NCBI GenBank assembly: GCA_963676565.1
Contig: OY781089.1
Coordinates: forward strand, 3,276,669 to 3,340,668
Length of the DNA: 64,000 bases
Source of the DNA: Halarcobacter sp.
GTDB taxonomy: Bacteria; Campylobacterota; Campylobacteria; Campylobacterales; Arcobacteraceae
Direction: 5' to 3'
The translations under genes were made by a program, and so were the position numbers. The notes beneath the pieces were generated by a model. The model was not told where the DNA came from. It saw only the letters and a program-made list of their open reading frames with translations, and made no database searches. This document shows, in pieces, positions 61,827 to 64,000 of the stretch. Position 1 is the first letter of the stretch. Every line of letters begins with the position of its first letter.

Positions 61827-61862
61827 AATAAAAGCGGTCAGAATAAAGGAGATTACACAATT

Positions 61863-63299
61863 ATGAGTGAACTTGTAAAATTTTCGGTGAATGGGGAAGA
61901 TATTGAAGCATCTAAAGGGAGTCTATTAATAGACTCACTTTTAGATAGAAATATTCATATTCCTCACTTTTGTTATCACCAAGCATTAGGAAAAGATGGA
62001 AACTGTAGAATGTGTATGGTTGAAATCGAAGGTCAAAAAAGGCCTCAAATTGCCTGTGATACTCCTGTAAAGGAAGGAATGGTAGTTAGAACTCAAGGTG
62101 AGAATATTGAAAAAGTTAGGCGTGATATTTTAGAACTTGAACTAATTAACCATCCAATTGACTGTCCAACTTGTGATCAAGCTGGAGAGTGTAAACTTCA
62201 AGATTATTACATGGAATCTGGTTTTTATGAAGCTAGAGTAGATGTAAATCAAAAAGTTACAGCTAAAAAAAGAGTTGAACTTGGTAGTAACGTAATGTTA
62301 GACCAAGAAAGATGTGTACTTTGTACTAGATGTGTTAGGTTCTGTTCTGATATTACAGGAACCAATGAATTAGGTGTTATTAGTAGAGCAGATCATTCTG
62401 TTATTGGAACTTTCCCAGGTCGTCCTTTAGATAACCCTTATGCAATGAATGTTGTGGATTTATGTCCAGTTGGAGCTTTAACTTCACAAGATTTTAGATT
62501 TAAACAAAGAGTTTGGTTTTTAGAATCTTTTGATGCAATCTGTAACGGATGTTCAAGAGCTTGTAATATTAGAGTAGATCATAGAAAAGAAAAATATAAA
62601 GATGACCAAATCTTTAGATTTAAGCCAAGAGTTAATAGAGAAGTTAACGGATGGTTTATGTGTGATGAAGGAAGACTTTCATATAAAAAAGAAGCTGAAA
62701 ACAGATTCTATACACCTAAAATTGGTGGAGAAGAAGTTGTATTTAGTAATACTTTAACAAATACATATAAACTTTTAGTTGATGAAAAAAGTACTTTATT
62801 CTTATTAGATCCAAATATGTCTTATGAAGAGATGGCAAATGTTAAAAATTTCGCTAAAGCAGTAAACGCTAATGTTTCTGGATTCGCTCCTCAATATATT
62901 GATGAAACTTTTGGTGATGATTATTTAAGAAAAAGTGACAAATGTGCAAATAGATCATCTTACAAAGAACTAGAGATTAGTGAAGATGAAAATGAATTTA
63001 AAAAATATCTTGATGAAGCTTCACTTGTTGTAGTATTTGGTAATACATATTTTGATGATAAATTAGAACTTTTAGAGGGTAAAACTGTTGTATCTTTATT
63101 CTCTCATGAAACTAATACTATTTCAAAATCTGATATAGCTATTCCAATTGCTTCATTTTATGAAAAATCTGGAACATATATCAACTTTGAAGGTATAAAA
63201 CAAAAAGTTATCTCTAAAATGAATAGAGATAATCCAATGGAAACGATAACTTCAATTTTAGAAAATATTCAATCAATGATAGGAAAAGGAACTATATGA
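61863..63299 (+). CDS. nuoG: Complex I subunit G (short form)
   Basis: CYH...GNCRMC, HPIDCPTCDQAGEC, CVLCTRC...CP, CNGCSRAC...C. Confidence 0.93.
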   Translation: MSELVKFSVNGEDIEASKGSLLIDSLLDRNIHIPHFCYHQALGKDGNCRMCMVEIEGQKRPQIACDTPVKEGMVVRTQGENIEKVRRDILELELINHPIDCPTCDQAGECKLQDYYMESGFYEARVDVNQKVTAKKRVELGSNVMLDQERCVLCTRCVRFCSDITGTNELGVISRADHSVIGTFPGRPLDNPYAMNVVDLCPVGALTSQDFRFKQRVWFLESFDAICNGCSRACNIRVDHRKEKYKDDQIFRFKPRVNREVNGWFMCDEGRLSYKKEAENRFYTPKIGGEEVVFSNTLTNTYKLLVDEKSTLFLLDPNMSYEEMANVKNFAKAVNANVSGFAPQYIDETFGDDYLRKSDKCANRSSYKELEISEDENEFKKYLDEASLVVVFGNTYFDDKLELLEGKTVVSLFSHETNTISKSDIAIPIASFYEKSGTYINFEGIKQKVISKMNRDNPMETITSILENIQSMIGKGTI

Positions 63300-64000
63300 A
63301 TGCAGTAATATTAATTGTAAACATTGCATTAGCAGTAGTTCTTGCAGTAGGTTTAACACCACTATTTGTTTGGTGGGAAAGAAGAATTGCAGGTTTTATC
63401 CAAGATAGAACTGGTCCAAATAGAGCCTCTATTGCAGGAATTAGACTTGGAGGATTAATCCAAGCAATTGCAGATATGTTAAAACTAGTATTTAAAGAGG
63501 ATTTTACACCTGCACACATTAGGTATAAATTTTTATATACAATCGCACCAGGGATTGTATTCTTCTGTTCATTTTTAACATTCGCTGTTATTCCATTTGC
63601 TGATAATTTAGTACTTGATGGTGTAAGTTACACTATGCAAGCAATTCCTGTTAGTTTAGGAATCTTATGGTTTTTAGCATTTGCAGGACTTTCTGTATAT
63701 GGAATTATCTTAGGTGGTTATTCATCTGAAAACAAATATGGACTTTTAGGTGGTATTAGAGCATCAGCTCAAGTTATTTCATATGAAGCAGCTATGGCTT
63801 TATCAATAATTTCTTTAGTTTTAACTTATGGTTCTATTCACTTAAATGATATGGTACACGCTCAAAGTGGTACTATTTTTGGAATTATTCCTGCATGGGG
63901 AATTTTTATGCAACCATTAGCAGCTTTAATTTTTATTGTAACTTCATTTGCAGAAACAAACAGAACACCTTTTGATATTGCTGAAGGTGAATCTGAAATT
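63296..64000 (+). CDS. nuoH: Complex I subunit H, 5' part (runs off window end)
   Basis: ATGA overlap with nuoG; translation WWERRIAGFIQDRTGPNR...IADMLKLVFKED...AQVISYE...AETNRTPFDIAEGESEI. Confidence 0.97.
   Translation, partial: MNAVILIVNIALAVVLAVGLTPLFVWWERRIAGFIQDRTGPNRASIAGIRLGGLIQAIADMLKLVFKEDFTPAHIRYKFLYTIAPGIVFFCSFLTFAVIPFADNLVLDGVSYTMQAIPVSLGILWFLAFAGLSVYGIILGGYSSENKYGLLGGIRASAQVISYEAAMALSIISLVLTYGSIHLNDMVHAQSGTIFGIIPAWGIFMQPLAALIFIVTSFAETNRTPFDIAEGESEI

Noticed and set aside
56198..63519. Minus-strand ORFs 56198-56404 and 63292-63519
   Set aside because: Antisense to nuoA and nuoH.

Overview
AT-rich chromosomal window from a member of the Campylobacterota, most likely Arcobacteraceae. 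This is inferred from the gene order, separate rpoB and rpoC, the nuo cluster type and the futalosine-pathway genes; genus was not determined. Most of the window is core genome: tRNA cluster-tuf-rpmG-tRNA-Trp-secE-nusG-rplKAJL-rpoBC, murD/mraY, gpmI, PBP1A, glnA, moaDE, mqnA, uppP, murG/ftsW/ftsI, one complete rRNA operon (16S-Ile-Ala-23S-5S), pabA, mqnL, patB and the first part of a nuo operon. The first ~10.5 kb is accessory. It holds nrfHA, an NrfJ-like gene, nnrS and an unannotated 8-Cys microprotein, each preceded by a Crp/Fnr-type TTGAT-N4-ATCAA-like box lying exactly 22 bp from a -10 hexamer. It also holds a DMSP lyase gene dddY followed by a crotonase, a candidate acryloyl-CoA hydratase. 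The most striking observation is a complex I operon containing citrate synthase whose NuoF keeps the FMN and Fe-S ligands but has lost the NADH adenosine-site residues (GEET to GEKS, three stacking Phe replaced), suggesting a non-NADH donor such as NADPH. No mobile element or CRISPR array was seen. All calls come from reading the sequence and recalled family motifs; no searches were run.
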